Assembly (NCBI GenBank): GCA_944329355.1
Contig: CALVID010000001.1
Coordinates: 28,171-92,170 of the forward strand
Source: an uncultured Bacilli bacterium
Lineage (GTDB): Bacteria; Bacillota_I; Bacilli_A; RF39; UBA660
DNA length: 64,000 nt
Reading direction: 5' to 3'
Part shown: positions 1 to 10,417 of the stretch, piece after piece
How the letters are laid out: each line of letters opens with the position of its first letter
Numbering within the stretch: the stretch's first letter is position 1
The notes under the pieces: model-generated
Database searches by the model: none
Seen by the model: only the letters and a program-made list of their open reading frames with translations
Told to the model about the DNA's origin: nothing
Made by a program: the position numbers and the translations under genes

Positions 1-298
1 GACGCAACCTGGTGAAACTGATGATTTTAAGGTTAGTGATCATGTTAAACTTTTAAATAAATATTTAGGTAAAAGAAAAGTAGATGCGGTAATTTTAAAT
101 AATGGTAAAATTGATCCAAGTATTGTTAAAAATTATGAAACAACTGAGCAAAAGGATTTGGTTGATGTTGATTATGGAAATTTAGAAAAAATGAATTTGG
201 ATATTATTGATAATGATTATATTGTAATTGAAAATGGTATGATAAGACATAATACATTAAGAGTTGCTATTGATATTCTTTCGTATTTGTTAGATTAG
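1..298 (+). CDS. 3' end of YvcK-like gluconeogenesis factor (UPF0052/CofD-like); partial, starts upstream of the window
   Basis: Frame 2 translates to ...TQPGETDDFKVSDHVKLLNKYLGKRKVDAVILNNGKIDPS...SYLLD*. The TQPGET motif and C-terminal layout are typical of YvcK, and YvcK conventionally sits upstream of whiA. Confidence 0.5.
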   Translation, partial: TQPGETDDFKVSDHVKLLNKYLGKRKVDAVILNNGKIDPSIVKNYETTEQKDLVDVDYGNLEKMNLDIIDNDYIVIENGMIRHNTLRVAIDILSYLLD

Positions 299-308
299 AG
301 GTGATTTT

Positions 309-1229
309 ATGTCCTTTACGGCTGCTGTTAAAGAAGAAGTTAGTAGAATAGAGTATGAAGATACGGAAAAAATTTCTGAGTTATCTGCAATTGTTCAAAA
401 CAATGAACATGATGACATAATTAAAATTACTTTGGAAAATAATGCAGTAGCCAGATTAGTTTATTCTTTGTTTAAGGATTTATTTGGTGTTTATTCTAAG
501 GTAAGTGTTAAAAGAGGATATAACTATAATAAGAATATGCTTTATACTTTGGAGATTAAAAATAAAGTTTCGGATATTTTGAAAGATTTAGGGATAGACG
601 GTAATATTCCTGAAGATTTTATTTATGCGGATGAAGGATTGCTTAGAGCTTATTTAAAAGGTTTGTTTTTAATAAAAGCTAGTGTGAATGATCCTAAGAC
701 CTCGAGATATCATTTGGAATTTAACTTAGATAATTTAGAGTATGCGGATTTTGTTAAGAAATGTTTAAATCATTTTAGACTTAATAGTAAGATTTTACAC
801 AGGGAACATAGATATGTTGTCTATATTAAAGAAGCTGAGAAAATAAGTGATTTTTTAAGGATTATTGGAGCTGTTAAAGCCGTACTTTATTTTGAAGATA
901 TAAGAATTTATAGAGATCATAAAAATATGACAAATAGGCTTAATAATTGTGAGCAAGCTAATGTGGATAAGATTATCGAAACGGCTAATGAACAGGTTAA
1001 GGATATTGAGTTACTTAAAGAAATGGATGTATATGATTTACTTAATGATAAGGAAAAAGAAGTTTCATATTATAGATTAAAATATCCAGAAGCTTCTTTG
1101 GTGGAATTAAGTCAAATAATTAGTATGGAAACAGGTAACAAAATTACTAAATCAGGTGTGTATCACCGACTTAACAAAATTAGACAGTTGGCTGTAAAGA
1201 TGAGAGAAAAGTCAAAATCGGATCAATAA
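309..1229 (+). CDS. whiA: DNA-binding protein WhiA (sporulation/cell-division regulator)
   Basis: 306 aa, with a LAGLIDADG-like middle domain and a C-terminal HTH (SGVYHRLNKIRQLA). Conserved position after a yvcK-like gene. Confidence 0.85.
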   Translation: MSFTAAVKEEVSRIEYEDTEKISELSAIVQNNEHDDIIKITLENNAVARLVYSLFKDLFGVYSKVSVKRGYNYNKNMLYTLEIKNKVSDILKDLGIDGNIPEDFIYADEGLLRAYLKGLFLIKASVNDPKTSRYHLEFNLDNLEYADFVKKCLNHFRLNSKILHREHRYVVYIKEAEKISDFLRIIGAVKAVLYFEDIRIYRDHKNMTNRLNNCEQANVDKIIETANEQVKDIELLKEMDVYDLLNDKEKEVSYYRLKYPEASLVELSQIISMETGNKITKSGVYHRLNKIRQLAVKMREKSKSDQ

Positions 1230-1372
1230 AAATACTTTGGCTTGTGATAGAAATTTTGTTATTTATATAAAATAGAAATTAAGTTTTTATAGAATATTGT
1301 GGAAGAATTCACAATATTTTTATTTTTTAAAAAGCTAGCACAAGACAATATTGATAAAATATAGTATAATTA

Positions 1373-2371
1373 ATGAAGAGGTTGAAAATTATGCACGAAT
1401 TATTTGAAGCTTTAAATGAAAATATAAAAAAACACGACGAAATTATAATTATGACACATGCAAGACCTGATTTAGATGGTATGGGGTCTGCTTTGGCTTT
1501 ATTTAAAATAGTAAAATCCATGGGTAAAAAATGTTATATCGTTTCACCTTTAAAAAAATTATATCGATCTTTAGACAAAGCTATGAAATTACTTTCGCAA
1601 AATAATATAACAATTGAATTTAAAGGGAAAGAAGAAATAATTAATGGCAAACATTTGAATCCTTTATTAATTATTTTAGATACTCAAAAGCCTGAATTAG
1701 TAGAGTCTGATCGTGTTCTTAATTTGATAGATGATAAAATCGTTATCGATCATCATATCGGTAGTTTAGATACCATTGATGATACTATATATAAGTATAG
1801 TGATGCGAATAAATCTAGTATTGTTGAAGTGATGGCTGAATATTTAAAATTTTTAGAATTAGAAATAGAACCTCTTATTATGACAGTGTTACTTTCAGGC
1901 ATGGTTGTAGATACTAGTAGTTTTAATATTAAAACTACAGCTAGAACTTTTGAAATGGCCGCTTATTTAGCTAAAAATGGGGCAGATTTTGTTCTTATTC
2001 AAGATTTACTTAAAGAGCCTAGGGAAGAAATGGTGGAAAGATATGGCTTTATAAGTAATAGTAAAGAAATAGTTAAGGATGTTTTGATGTGTAAGATGGA
2101 TGATAAAATTCACGGGAATGTGGATATTGCCCTTTTAGCTAAAGAATTATTAAAGTTTGAAGATATTAAAGCATCATTTGCAATTGGAAGACTTTCTCAT
2201 AGGATTGTTGGTGTAAGTGCTAGGTCTATGGGTGGTGTGAATGTCGGTGATATTATGGAAAAACTAGGTGGTGGTGGTCATTTGACTGATGCGGCTGCTC
2301 AAATTAAAGATAAAAGTGTAGAAGATGTTGCTAAGGAATTAGAAAGAATAGTTAAGAAGGTGATAAGATGA
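1373..2371 (+). CDS. DHH/DHHA1 family phosphoesterase (NrnA/GdpP-like, stand-alone without PAS/GGDEF)
   Basis: DHH motif (DHHIGS) and a DHHA1-like C-terminus (GGGH). Conserved position upstream of rplI-dnaB. Confidence 0.7.
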   Translation: MKRLKIMHELFEALNENIKKHDEIIIMTHARPDLDGMGSALALFKIVKSMGKKCYIVSPLKKLYRSLDKAMKLLSQNNITIEFKGKEEIINGKHLNPLLIILDTQKPELVESDRVLNLIDDKIVIDHHIGSLDTIDDTIYKYSDANKSSIVEVMAEYLKFLELEIEPLIMTVLLSGMVVDTSSFNIKTTARTFEMAAYLAKNGADFVLIQDLLKEPREEMVERYGFISNSKEIVKDVLMCKMDDKIHGNVDIALLAKELLKFEDIKASFAIGRLSHRIVGVSARSMGGVNVGDIMEKLGGGGHLTDAAAQIKDKSVEDVAKELERIVKKVIR

Positions 2372-2805
2372 GAGTTATATTACTTAAAGATGTCAAAAAG
2401 CAAGGTAAAAAGGATGATATAATTGAAGTAAAAGATGGTTATGGTAATTATTTAATTAACAATAAATTAGCGGTTTTGGAAACTAAAGGAAGTAGTAAGG
2501 TTTTAAAATTTCAGCAAGAAAAAGCCGCATTAGAAGAAAATTTGTTAATTAAAGAATGTGAGAATATTAAGAAAAAATTAGAGAATATGACTTTGAATTT
2601 TAGAGTTAATACTGGAAAAAATGGTCAAGTGTTTGGTCAAATCAGTACTAAACAAATTTCAGATGAACTGAAGAAAAAAGGTTTTGATATTGATAAAAGA
2701 AAGATTCAGTTAGATGTTCCAATTAATACTTTAGGGACAACAAACGTTAAAGTTTTATTACATAAAAAGGTGGAGGCTACACTAAAGATTCATTTGCAAA
2801 AGTAG
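2368..2805 (+). CDS. rplI: 50S ribosomal protein L9
   Basis: 145 aa. N-terminus MRVILLKDV.. is typical of L9. Lies between the DHH gene and dnaB. Confidence 0.9.
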   Translation: MRVILLKDVKKQGKKDDIIEVKDGYGNYLINNKLAVLETKGSSKVLKFQQEKAALEENLLIKECENIKKKLENMTLNFRVNTGKNGQVFGQISTKQISDELKKKGFDIDKRKIQLDVPINTLGTTNVKVLLHKKVEATLKIHLQK

Positions 2806-2813
2806 GTGATTAG

Positions 2814-4160
2814 ATGGACGGAAGGACAATGCCACAGAAGATAGATGCTGAACAGGCGATAATAGGTTCAATGTTTTTAAGTGAGAAAGCTTTAGAACGT
2901 ATCGTAGAAAGATTAAATAAAGATATGTTTTATTTGGATTCTCATAAGAAAATATTTGAAGTTATTAAGAATTTAGCTGATAAAAAGGTTCCAATTGATA
3001 TTACAACAGTTACAGCTGAACTTGAAAAGAAAAAGTTACTAAATCAAGTTGGTGGTGTTGAATATTTAACACAAATAATTAATATTGTACCAACGGCAGC
3101 TAATGCTGAAGAATATATAAAAATAATTGAAGAAAAGTTTTTGAGAAGAAATTTAATTGAGGCTGGTACAGATATTGCAAATGCTGGTTTTTCTTCAACT
3201 GAAGATATTGGAGATATTTTAGATGAAGCTGAGAAAAAGATATTTGATGTTGTTAAAAATAGAAGAGGATCTGAGTTTAAGAGTATTCAAGATGTACTTT
3301 TTAAAGCTCAAGCTGATTTGGAAAAATTATCTTCTTTAAAAGGGGAAATTACAGGTGTTCCATCAGGATATTATGATATTGATAGATTGACGGCCGGTTT
3401 TCATGAAAACGAACTTATAATTATTGCAGCTAGACCAGCAATGGGTAAGACAGCTTTTGCTGTTAATATGGCTGTTAATATGGCTATGAATGCCAAAAAA
3501 ACAGTCGCTTTATTTAATATGGAAATGGGAGCTGAGCAGCTTATTTCTCGTATGCTTTCTTCTGTTGGTCAGATTGAGGCTTCTAAACTTAGAACCGGTA
3601 GATTAGAACATCAAGATTGGAAAAGGGTTAATGAAGCTATTAGTAGACTAGCCGATACGAAAATATTTATTGATGATACTCCTGGTATGACAGTTAGTGA
3701 GATTAGAGCTAAGTGTAGGAGACTTGCTAATTCGGAAGAAGGATTAGACATTGTTATAATCGATTATTTACAATTGATCAATGGTTCTAGTAGATATGCT
3801 GGCCAAAGGCAACAGGAAGTTTCTGAAATATCTAGATCTTTAAAGACTATGGCTATGGAACTTAACATTCCTGTTATTGCTCTTGCTCAGCTTTCACGTA
3901 GTGTTGAAGGAAGAGAAGACAAAAGACCACTTCTTTCTGATTTGAGAGAGTCTGGCTCTATTGAACAGGATGCAGATATTGTTGCATTTTTGTATCGTGA
4001 TGATTATTATAATAAAGAAAGTGCAATAGATGAAAATACAAGCAAAAGTGAATTTATTATTTCTAAACACCGTAGTGGACCTACAGCTACTGTAAATTTA
4101 GTTTTTAAAAGAGATACTAGTTCATTTTTTAATATGGAGAATAGTCAGGTAGGTGAGTAG
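2814..4160 (+). CDS. dnaB: replicative DNA helicase DnaB
   Basis: 448 aa, Walker A (GKTAF), RecA-like C-terminal domain. Conserved rplI-dnaB synteny. Confidence 0.9.
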   Translation: MDGRTMPQKIDAEQAIIGSMFLSEKALERIVERLNKDMFYLDSHKKIFEVIKNLADKKVPIDITTVTAELEKKKLLNQVGGVEYLTQIINIVPTAANAEEYIKIIEEKFLRRNLIEAGTDIANAGFSSTEDIGDILDEAEKKIFDVVKNRRGSEFKSIQDVLFKAQADLEKLSSLKGEITGVPSGYYDIDRLTAGFHENELIIIAARPAMGKTAFAVNMAVNMAMNAKKTVALFNMEMGAEQLISRMLSSVGQIEASKLRTGRLEHQDWKRVNEAISRLADTKIFIDDTPGMTVSEIRAKCRRLANSEEGLDIVIIDYLQLINGSSRYAGQRQQEVSEISRSLKTMAMELNIPVIALAQLSRSVEGREDKRPLLSDLRESGSIEQDADIVAFLYRDDYYNKESAIDENTSKSEFIISKHRSGPTATVNLVFKRDTSSFFNMENSQVGE

Positions 4161-5633
4161 ATGAAAAAATTTGGAATAGGATTGATGTTAGTTATAACTA
4201 TTATTTTAGTATGTGTTTTAGGTTTTGGTTATAAGGCATCTCCTGAGCCTAACAATTATTATGAGGTTTATTTAGATGATAAGTCTTTAGGAACCATTGC
4301 TTCTAAAGAAGATCTTGAAAATTATATTGATGAAAACGGATCTTATTATAAAAATAAATTTGATGTTGATAAAGTTTATTCTCCAAAAGGATTACAAGTA
4401 AAAAAATTAACTACTTATAATGGTGATGTTGATTCAGTGTCTGATATTTATAGAAAGATTTCTAAAAAAGAATCTTTTACGGTTAAAGGTTATGAATTTG
4501 TAATTAAAAGAGAACTTGCGGAAGATGAAAAAGAGGATGCTAAACTTACAACCCAAAGCGTTTATGTGCTTGATAAAAATGTGTTTAAAAAAGCTGTTGA
4601 AGCTTTAATTAGGACTTTTGTAGGTGAAGATGAGTATAAAGCTTATATAGAGGACAATCAAGTAGAAATTGATACTACTGGCGAAGAAATTCAAAATGTT
4701 TATGTTAACGAGGATATTACAGTTAGGGAAACTAACATTCCAGTAGATGAAGATATTTATACTAATGAAAATGATTTAGCTAATTTTTTGCTTTATGGTA
4801 AAGATCAAAAAGCTAAGGAATATATTGTTCAAGCTGGAGATACTATTGAAAATGTAGCTTTTAATAATAAAATTAGTCCTGAAGAAGTGTTAATTTCTAA
4901 TTCTAGTCTGACTAGTACTACTAATTTGTTGTATCCTGGACAAAAGTTGAAAATTGTAGAGACTAACCCACAAATTAGTGTAGTGGAGGAGTCATATGTT
5001 GTTCAGGATATCGAAAGTCAATATCCTACTGAGGAACGTTATGATGAGAATGCAGCTATTGGTGTAGATAAAGTTATCCAAAATGGTGAAAACGGTTTGG
5101 AAAGGGTTTCACAGAGGGTAAGGAAAGTTAATGGTGTTATTAATTATGTTGATCCAGAAGGCAAAACTGTACTTAAAGCACCAATTAGTAAAATTGTTAT
5201 GAAAGGGACTAAATATATACCGGATGTTGGTAGTACTTCAAGTTGGGGTTGGCCAACAGATAGTGGTTGGACTTTAAGTAGTGGATATGTTTGGAGAACT
5301 AATCCTGTTACTGGTAGACGTGAGTTACATGGTGGATTAGATATAAGTGGTACGGGATACGGTTCAAAAATATATGCGACTAATAATGGTAGAGTAAAAG
5401 AGGCTGGTTATCATTATAGTTATGGTAATCATGTTATTATCGATCATAATAACGGTTATTTAACTTTGTATGCACATATGTCTAGAATTAATGCAAAAGT
5501 GGGACAAGTGGTAGCTAGAGGAGATGTTATTGGTTATGTTGGAATGACTGGTACCGCTACTGGTCCACATGTACATTATGAAATATGGAAAGGTTGCGAT
5601 TATTGCCGAATTAATCCAATGAGTATGTATTGA
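4161..5633 (+). CDS. membrane-anchored LysM/G5 domain M23 family metallopeptidase
   Basis: N-terminal TM helix; LysM-like segment (YIVQAGDTIENVAF...); G5-like segment; C-terminal M23 motifs HxxxD (HGGLD) and HxH (HVHYE). Confidence 0.7.
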   Translation: MKKFGIGLMLVITIILVCVLGFGYKASPEPNNYYEVYLDDKSLGTIASKEDLENYIDENGSYYKNKFDVDKVYSPKGLQVKKLTTYNGDVDSVSDIYRKISKKESFTVKGYEFVIKRELAEDEKEDAKLTTQSVYVLDKNVFKKAVEALIRTFVGEDEYKAYIEDNQVEIDTTGEEIQNVYVNEDITVRETNIPVDEDIYTNENDLANFLLYGKDQKAKEYIVQAGDTIENVAFNNKISPEEVLISNSSLTSTTNLLYPGQKLKIVETNPQISVVEESYVVQDIESQYPTEERYDENAAIGVDKVIQNGENGLERVSQRVRKVNGVINYVDPEGKTVLKAPISKIVMKGTKYIPDVGSTSSWGWPTDSGWTLSSGYVWRTNPVTGRRELHGGLDISGTGYGSKIYATNNGRVKEAGYHYSYGNHVIIDHNNGYLTLYAHMSRINAKVGQVVARGDVIGYVGMTGTATGPHVHYEIWKGCDYCRINPMSMY

Positions 5634-6391
5634 TGAAAATTTGTGTGTTAGCTAGTGGAAGTAAAGGTAATTCATCTTATATTGAAACGGATGAAACAAA
5701 ATCATTAATTGATTTGGGCATGAGTGCAGGCTATACAGCGAAAGCTTTAAAAAACATTGGTGTAGACCCTTCAGAAATTCAAAGGGTCTTTATCACGCAT
5801 ACACATTCTGATCATGTGGCAGGATTAAAAGTTTTTTTAAAAAAATATAATCCAATAGTTTATTTGACTAAAAGAATGGAAGAAGAGATAGACTTTGAGA
5901 TAGAAGATAAGGTTTATATTGATGGTGATATCAAGATTGATGATCTAAATGTAACAGTTATTAAAACTTCTCATGATACAGCAGATAGTAATGGGTATGT
6001 ATTTTCTTCGCTTGGGAAATCTATAGTTTATATTACTGATACTGGATATATTAATGTTAGAAATTTTGATAAATTAAAAAACAAAAATATATATGTGCTT
6101 GAAAGTAATCATGATGTTCGTTTGCTTAGAGAGGGAAAATATCCTTATTATTTACAGCAAAGGATTTTGAGTGATAAAGGACATTTATCTAATAAAGATT
6201 CGGCTTATTATTTATCGGAATTTATTGGTGATAAAACGAAGGAAATTATTTTGATTCATTTGAGTGAAGAAAATAATAAACCAGAACTTGCTTTAAAAAC
6301 ATTACTTGATACTTTAGATAAAAAAGGTGTTAAAGTTCCTAGTGTTTTAATTGCTGATCAGAAAGAGAGTACGGAGTTAATAGAGATATGA
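5630..6391 (+). CDS. MBL-fold metallo-hydrolase (YycJ/WalJ-like)
   Basis: HTHSDH motif; ~250 aa; neighbourhood matches the B. subtilis yycJ-rlmH arrangement. Confidence 0.7.
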   Translation: MMKICVLASGSKGNSSYIETDETKSLIDLGMSAGYTAKALKNIGVDPSEIQRVFITHTHSDHVAGLKVFLKKYNPIVYLTKRMEEEIDFEIEDKVYIDGDIKIDDLNVTVIKTSHDTADSNGYVFSSLGKSIVYITDTGYINVRNFDKLKNKNIYVLESNHDVRLLREGKYPYYLQQRILSDKGHLSNKDSAYYLSEFIGDKTKEIILIHLSEENNKPELALKTLLDTLDKKGVKVPSVLIADQKESTELIEI

Positions 6392-6834
6392 AAATAATTT
6401 GTGTAGGGAAAATTAAAGAAAAGTTTTTAAGAAATGCAATTGATGAATATAGTAAAAGAATTAGTAAATATACCAAGTTAGATATTGTCGAGATAAATGA
6501 TGAGGCTACTAAAAGTGTGGCTTTAAAAAAGGAAGGTGAAAAGATACTTTCTAAGATTAAAGATAATGACTATGTTGTTACTTTAGAAATAGAAGGTAAT
6601 GATTTAAACTCATTAGAATTTGCTCAAAAAATAGATAATAATTTTAATAGTAATAAAAATTTAACGTTTGTGATAGGTGGTTCTTATGGTTTGGATGAAT
6701 CTGTTAAATCAAGAAGTAATTATAAAATATCGTTTTCTAGATTAACTTTTCCACATCAACTTTTTAGAGTAATTCTTTTAGAACAAATTTATCGAGCATA
6801 TAAAATAAATAATCATGAAAATTATCATAAATAA
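6388..6834 (+). CDS. rlmH: 23S rRNA (pseudouridine1915-N3)-methyltransferase RlmH
   Basis: ~150 aa SPOUT protein with MKIxxVGK N-terminus; translationally coupled to the preceding gene. Confidence 0.8.
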   Translation: MKIICVGKIKEKFLRNAIDEYSKRISKYTKLDIVEINDEATKSVALKKEGEKILSKIKDNDYVVTLEIEGNDLNSLEFAQKIDNNFNSNKNLTFVIGGSYGLDESVKSRSNYKISFSRLTFPHQLFRVILLEQIYRAYKINNHENYHK

Positions 6835-6899
6835 ATTAAAAAAATTGAATAAATAATAAGAAAACTACTCAATATTAATTTAGAAGGGTGGTTTTTTAA

Positions 6900-7430
6900 T
6901 TGAAAAAAACATTTGTTTTAATTATATTTATTGGCATATTTTATGTTTTTATATCTGATGCTTTGGCAAAAAATTTAACAATACCTAATGATGCTATTAG
7001 AATTAGAATTATTCCTAATAGTAATTCAGCATTTGATCAAGATATAAAAAGAAAAGTTAGAGATAAAATAGAGATAACTATGTATGATTTACTTAAAAAT
7101 GTGGATAACAGTGAAGAAGCTCAAAAAATTATTGTGGATAATTTGGAATTGGTTGATAGAGATGTCAAAAAGATTTTAAATGAAGAAAATTATGATAAAG
7201 GTTATAAAATTAACTTTGGTAAAAATTATTTTCCTGAAAAGGAATATAAAGGAGTGAGATATGAAGAGGGTTATTATGAATCTTTACTTATTACTTTAGG
7301 TAAAGGTGAAGGTGATAATTGGTGGTGTGTTTTATTTCCACCTTTATGTTTGATAGAAGGTGAGGAAAATACTGAGGTGGAATATAAATCGTTTGTGATG
7401 GAAATTTTAGATAAATATTTTGATAACTAG
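6900..7430 (+). CDS. stage II sporulation protein R-like protein (TTG start inferred)
   Basis: Signal peptide followed by IRIRIIPNSNSAFDQDIKRKVRD, resembling the SpoIIR signature (RlHVlANSDs..Q.LK..VRD). Confidence 0.5.
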   Translation: MKKTFVLIIFIGIFYVFISDALAKNLTIPNDAIRIRIIPNSNSAFDQDIKRKVRDKIEITMYDLLKNVDNSEEAQKIIVDNLELVDRDVKKILNEENYDKGYKINFGKNYFPEKEYKGVRYEEGYYESLLITLGKGEGDNWWCVLFPPLCLIEGEENTEVEYKSFVMEILDKYFDN

Positions 7431-7462
7431 TACCATATGATTTTGTAAGAGGTGGAATTATT

Positions 7463-7987
7463 ATGCTACTGGTTTTTTTAATGGCAATTAGTTTAAGTAT
7501 GGATGCATTTTCTTTAGCTTTAGTGTATGGTACTTTTGGTATATGTAAAAAAAATAAAATTATTTTATCTATAATTGTTGGATGTTTTCATTTTTTAATG
7601 CCTTTACTCGGAATGTTAATAGGTGAACTTATTTTATCTTTATTTAATTTTAATACGGATATTTTGGTGGCTATTATATTATCTTTTATTGGTTTGCAGA
7701 TGATAATATCTTCTTTTAAAGAATCAAATGAATTTCAACCTTTGAAATTTAGTGAATTTTTTCTGTTTGGATTTGCGGTTAGTATTGATAGTTTTTCACT
7801 TGGCATAACTTTACCAAATATGAATATGGCTAATATTTTTTCGCCTTTGATTTTTGCTTTAACAAGTTCTATATTTACCTTTATTGGTTTATTTATTGGT
7901 AATAAAATCAAAAAATTATTAGGTAAATTAGCAACTGTGATAGGAGGTGTTATTTTAACTATTATTGGGATATTATATTTTCTTTAA
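7463..7987 (+). CDS. DUF204 membrane protein (MntP manganese efflux pump / YtaF family)
   Basis: Six-TM protein with two SMDAF/SIDSF half-repeats, typical of MntP/DUF204. Confidence 0.6.
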   Translation: MLLVFLMAISLSMDAFSLALVYGTFGICKKNKIILSIIVGCFHFLMPLLGMLIGELILSLFNFNTDILVAIILSFIGLQMIISSFKESNEFQPLKFSEFFLFGFAVSIDSFSLGITLPNMNMANIFSPLIFALTSSIFTFIGLFIGNKIKKLLGKLATVIGGVILTIIGILYFL

Positions 7988-8056
7988 TTGTTAATATAGT
8001 GTATAGATATTTGTAAATTTCTGTGAATGTGTTAAAATAAATTGAAGGTGGTTTGG

Positions 8057-9307
8057 ATGGATAAGATTAAAGTTATTGGGAAACAAATTTTAAGTGGAAA
8101 AATATATATAAGTGGGTCTAAAAATAGTGTTGTTTCTTTACTGCCAGCGGCTATTTTGTCTGATGAAACAATTATAGAAAAAGTTCCACATATTTCAGAT
8201 GTAGATAATTTAGAAGAAATTTTGAGATATTTAGGTGTAAAATTTTCTTTAGAAAGTGGAACTATTCATATCGATAGTACTTCTATGATAAATAAACCAA
8301 TTACCTTAGAATATTCTAGTAAACTTAGAGCTTCTTATTATTTTATGGGAGCTATGCTTTCTAAGTTTAAAAAGATAGAAATTAGTTTTCCTGGTGGTTG
8401 TAATATTGGTAAAAGATCTTTTGATTTTCATTTAAAAGGTTTTGAAAAACTAGGGGCTAAAGTTATAATTAAAGATAATTTATACACAATTGTAGCTGAT
8501 GAGTTAAAAGGTGCAGAAATTAATTTACCTTTTCCTAGTGTGGGGGCTACAGTAAATATATTATTAGCTTCAGTTAAGGCTTTAGGTAAAACAGTAATTA
8601 ATAATGCTGCTAGTGAGCCAGAAATTGGAAATTTGATAGATTTTTTAAATAGTATGGGAGCTAAAATAAAAGGAAAAGATACTAGTAAATTAGAAATTGA
8701 AGGCGTGGATAGATTAAGCGGTGGTAAAATTAAAGTTATACCTGATAGAATAGAGGCTGGAACTTATATTTTGGCTGGTATTATGAATGGGTGTAATTTG
8801 GAAATATGTGATGTAAGACCTGATCATTTAAAGAGCTTTTTTGATGTTTTAGATGAAATGGGTGCGGATTATAAGATAGTTGGTGATAAAGTCGTTACTA
8901 ATAAAGTGTCACATTTAAAACCAGTTAATATTGTTACACAAGTATATCCTGGTTTTGCGACGGATTTACAGCAACCTATAACAACTTTATTATTACAGTG
9001 TGATGGAATAAGTACTGTTAAAGAAACTATTTATGAAAATAGATTTCAAAATACTAAATATTTAAATGAAATGGGTGCTAATATAGAGGTTGAGGGTGAT
9101 ACCATTACAGTTTATGGGCCTACCTTTTTAAAAGGTAAATTAGTTAGAACTAGTGATTTAAGAGCAGGGGCGGCTCTGGTTTTAGCGGCTTTATCGGCAG
9201 AAGGAGAAACAACTATTACAGACATAAAGCATTTACTAAGGGGTTATAGTGATTTAATAAAAAAATTAACTAATGTAGGTGCTAAAATATGGTTAGAAGA
9301 TGAATAA
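8057..9307 (+). CDS. murA: UDP-N-acetylglucosamine 1-carboxyvinyltransferase
   Basis: MDKIKVIG..SGSKNS N-terminus, ~417 aa EPSP-synthase fold; RBS GAAGGTGG lies upstream of the ATG at 8057. Confidence 0.9.
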   Translation: MDKIKVIGKQILSGKIYISGSKNSVVSLLPAAILSDETIIEKVPHISDVDNLEEILRYLGVKFSLESGTIHIDSTSMINKPITLEYSSKLRASYYFMGAMLSKFKKIEISFPGGCNIGKRSFDFHLKGFEKLGAKVIIKDNLYTIVADELKGAEINLPFPSVGATVNILLASVKALGKTVINNAASEPEIGNLIDFLNSMGAKIKGKDTSKLEIEGVDRLSGGKIKVIPDRIEAGTYILAGIMNGCNLEICDVRPDHLKSFFDVLDEMGADYKIVGDKVVTNKVSHLKPVNIVTQVYPGFATDLQQPITTLLLQCDGISTVKETIYENRFQNTKYLNEMGANIEVEGDTITVYGPTFLKGKLVRTSDLRAGAALVLAALSAEGETTITDIKHLLRGYSDLIKKLTNVGAKIWLEDE

Positions 9308-9368
9308 TTTTTATAACTATTTAATATATTAGAGTAGATTTTATCTACTTTTTATTATGGAGGAATAT

Positions 9369-10049
9369 ATGAAAAAAGTATTAATTATAGGTTTAGTTTT
9401 TCTTTCTGTATTTTTAATTTATTTAGCTAATATGGATAAAAAAGTTTATTATGTGGCTTTGGGCGATTCTTTGGAAAAATTTTATTTAAATGGAAAAAAG
9501 GTTTATGGTTATTCATATTATGTAAAAAACTATTTAAAAGATAAGAATTTATTGGAAAGATATTCTGATGATTTCGCGCGTGTTAATATGCGTAGTACTG
9601 ATATTATTAATGATATTATTAGTAATAAAAAAGTTACAACGGCTAAAGGTTCTTTTAATTTAAAAAACGCTTTGATAAAAGCAGATTTAGTTACTTTAAA
9701 TATTGATTATAGTGATATTTATAATAAATTAAATGATCATAATGTTATATATAATGATGTATATGATTATATTGATGATCTAGCCTATGATTTAGATAAT
9801 TTATTTAAATTAATGCGAGAGTATTGTAAAGAAGATATTGTATTTTTAGGTAGTTATAATCCTTTTGATGAAAGTTTAGAAGTTACAGATGTTTTTGATT
9901 ATCTTAATAAAAAATATAAAGATATATGTTTAGAATATGATGTGATTTATGTTGATTTAAATATGGTTAAAGCAATTAACAACGATACTTTGAAAGAAAT
10001 TGGAAATAAAGTGATTTTTAAAATGAATAAAAATTTATTTGAGGGTTGA
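9369..10049 (+). CDS. hypothetical membrane-anchored protein, possibly SGNH/GDSL-like
   Basis: N-terminal TM followed by VALGDSL (GDSL-like block); a GGAGG RBS sits 5 nt before the ATG at 9369. Catalytic residues could not be confirmed. Confidence 0.3.
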   Translation: MKKVLIIGLVFLSVFLIYLANMDKKVYYVALGDSLEKFYLNGKKVYGYSYYVKNYLKDKNLLERYSDDFARVNMRSTDIINDIISNKKVTTAKGSFNLKNALIKADLVTLNIDYSDIYNKLNDHNVIYNDVYDYIDDLAYDLDNLFKLMREYCKEDIVFLGSYNPFDESLEVTDVFDYLNKKYKDICLEYDVIYVDLNMVKAINNDTLKEIGNKVIFKMNKNLFEG

Positions 10050-10131
10050 TTTTTGTTTGTTTGTTTGTTAGAATATATTTGCATTAAATTTCTATGACAA
10101 GTTTTTGTCATGGCGGAAGGAGAAGGTAAAT

Positions 10132-10344
10132 ATGAAAAAAAATATTCATCCAGAATATATGGATACCAAAGTAACTTGTGCTTGTGGTAATACGTTTACA
10201 GTTAGATCTAATAAACCTGAGTTAGAGGTTGAAGTTTGTGATAAATGTCATCCATTCTTTACTGGTAAACAAGGAACAGTTAAGAAAGCTGGTCAAGTTG
10301 AAAAATTCAATAAAAAATATGGATTTACTAATGAAGCTAAATAA
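10132..10344 (+). CDS. rpmE: 50S ribosomal protein L31
   Basis: MKKNIHPEY... with CxxC...CxxCH zinc ribbon; GGAAGGAGAAGG RBS. Confidence 0.85.
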   Translation: MKKNIHPEYMDTKVTCACGNTFTVRSNKPELEVEVCDKCHPFFTGKQGTVKKAGQVEKFNKKYGFTNEAK

Positions 10345-10417
10345 GCTTCTTTTTTTGTATCATGATATATAAAATAGATATTATGGTTAGTGAAATTTGG
10401 TTAAAATAAAAAACCAT

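Noticed and set aside
1327-1521. 64-aa minus-strand ORF overlapping the DHH gene start and promoter region
   Set aside because: Hydrophobic low-complexity translation that overlaps a supported CDS; no RBS.
10052-10067. (TTTG)4 microsatellite just after the stop of the 9369-10049 ORF
   Set aside because: Only four units, located in a 3' UTR and intergenic position. It is unlikely to be a functional phase-variation tract.
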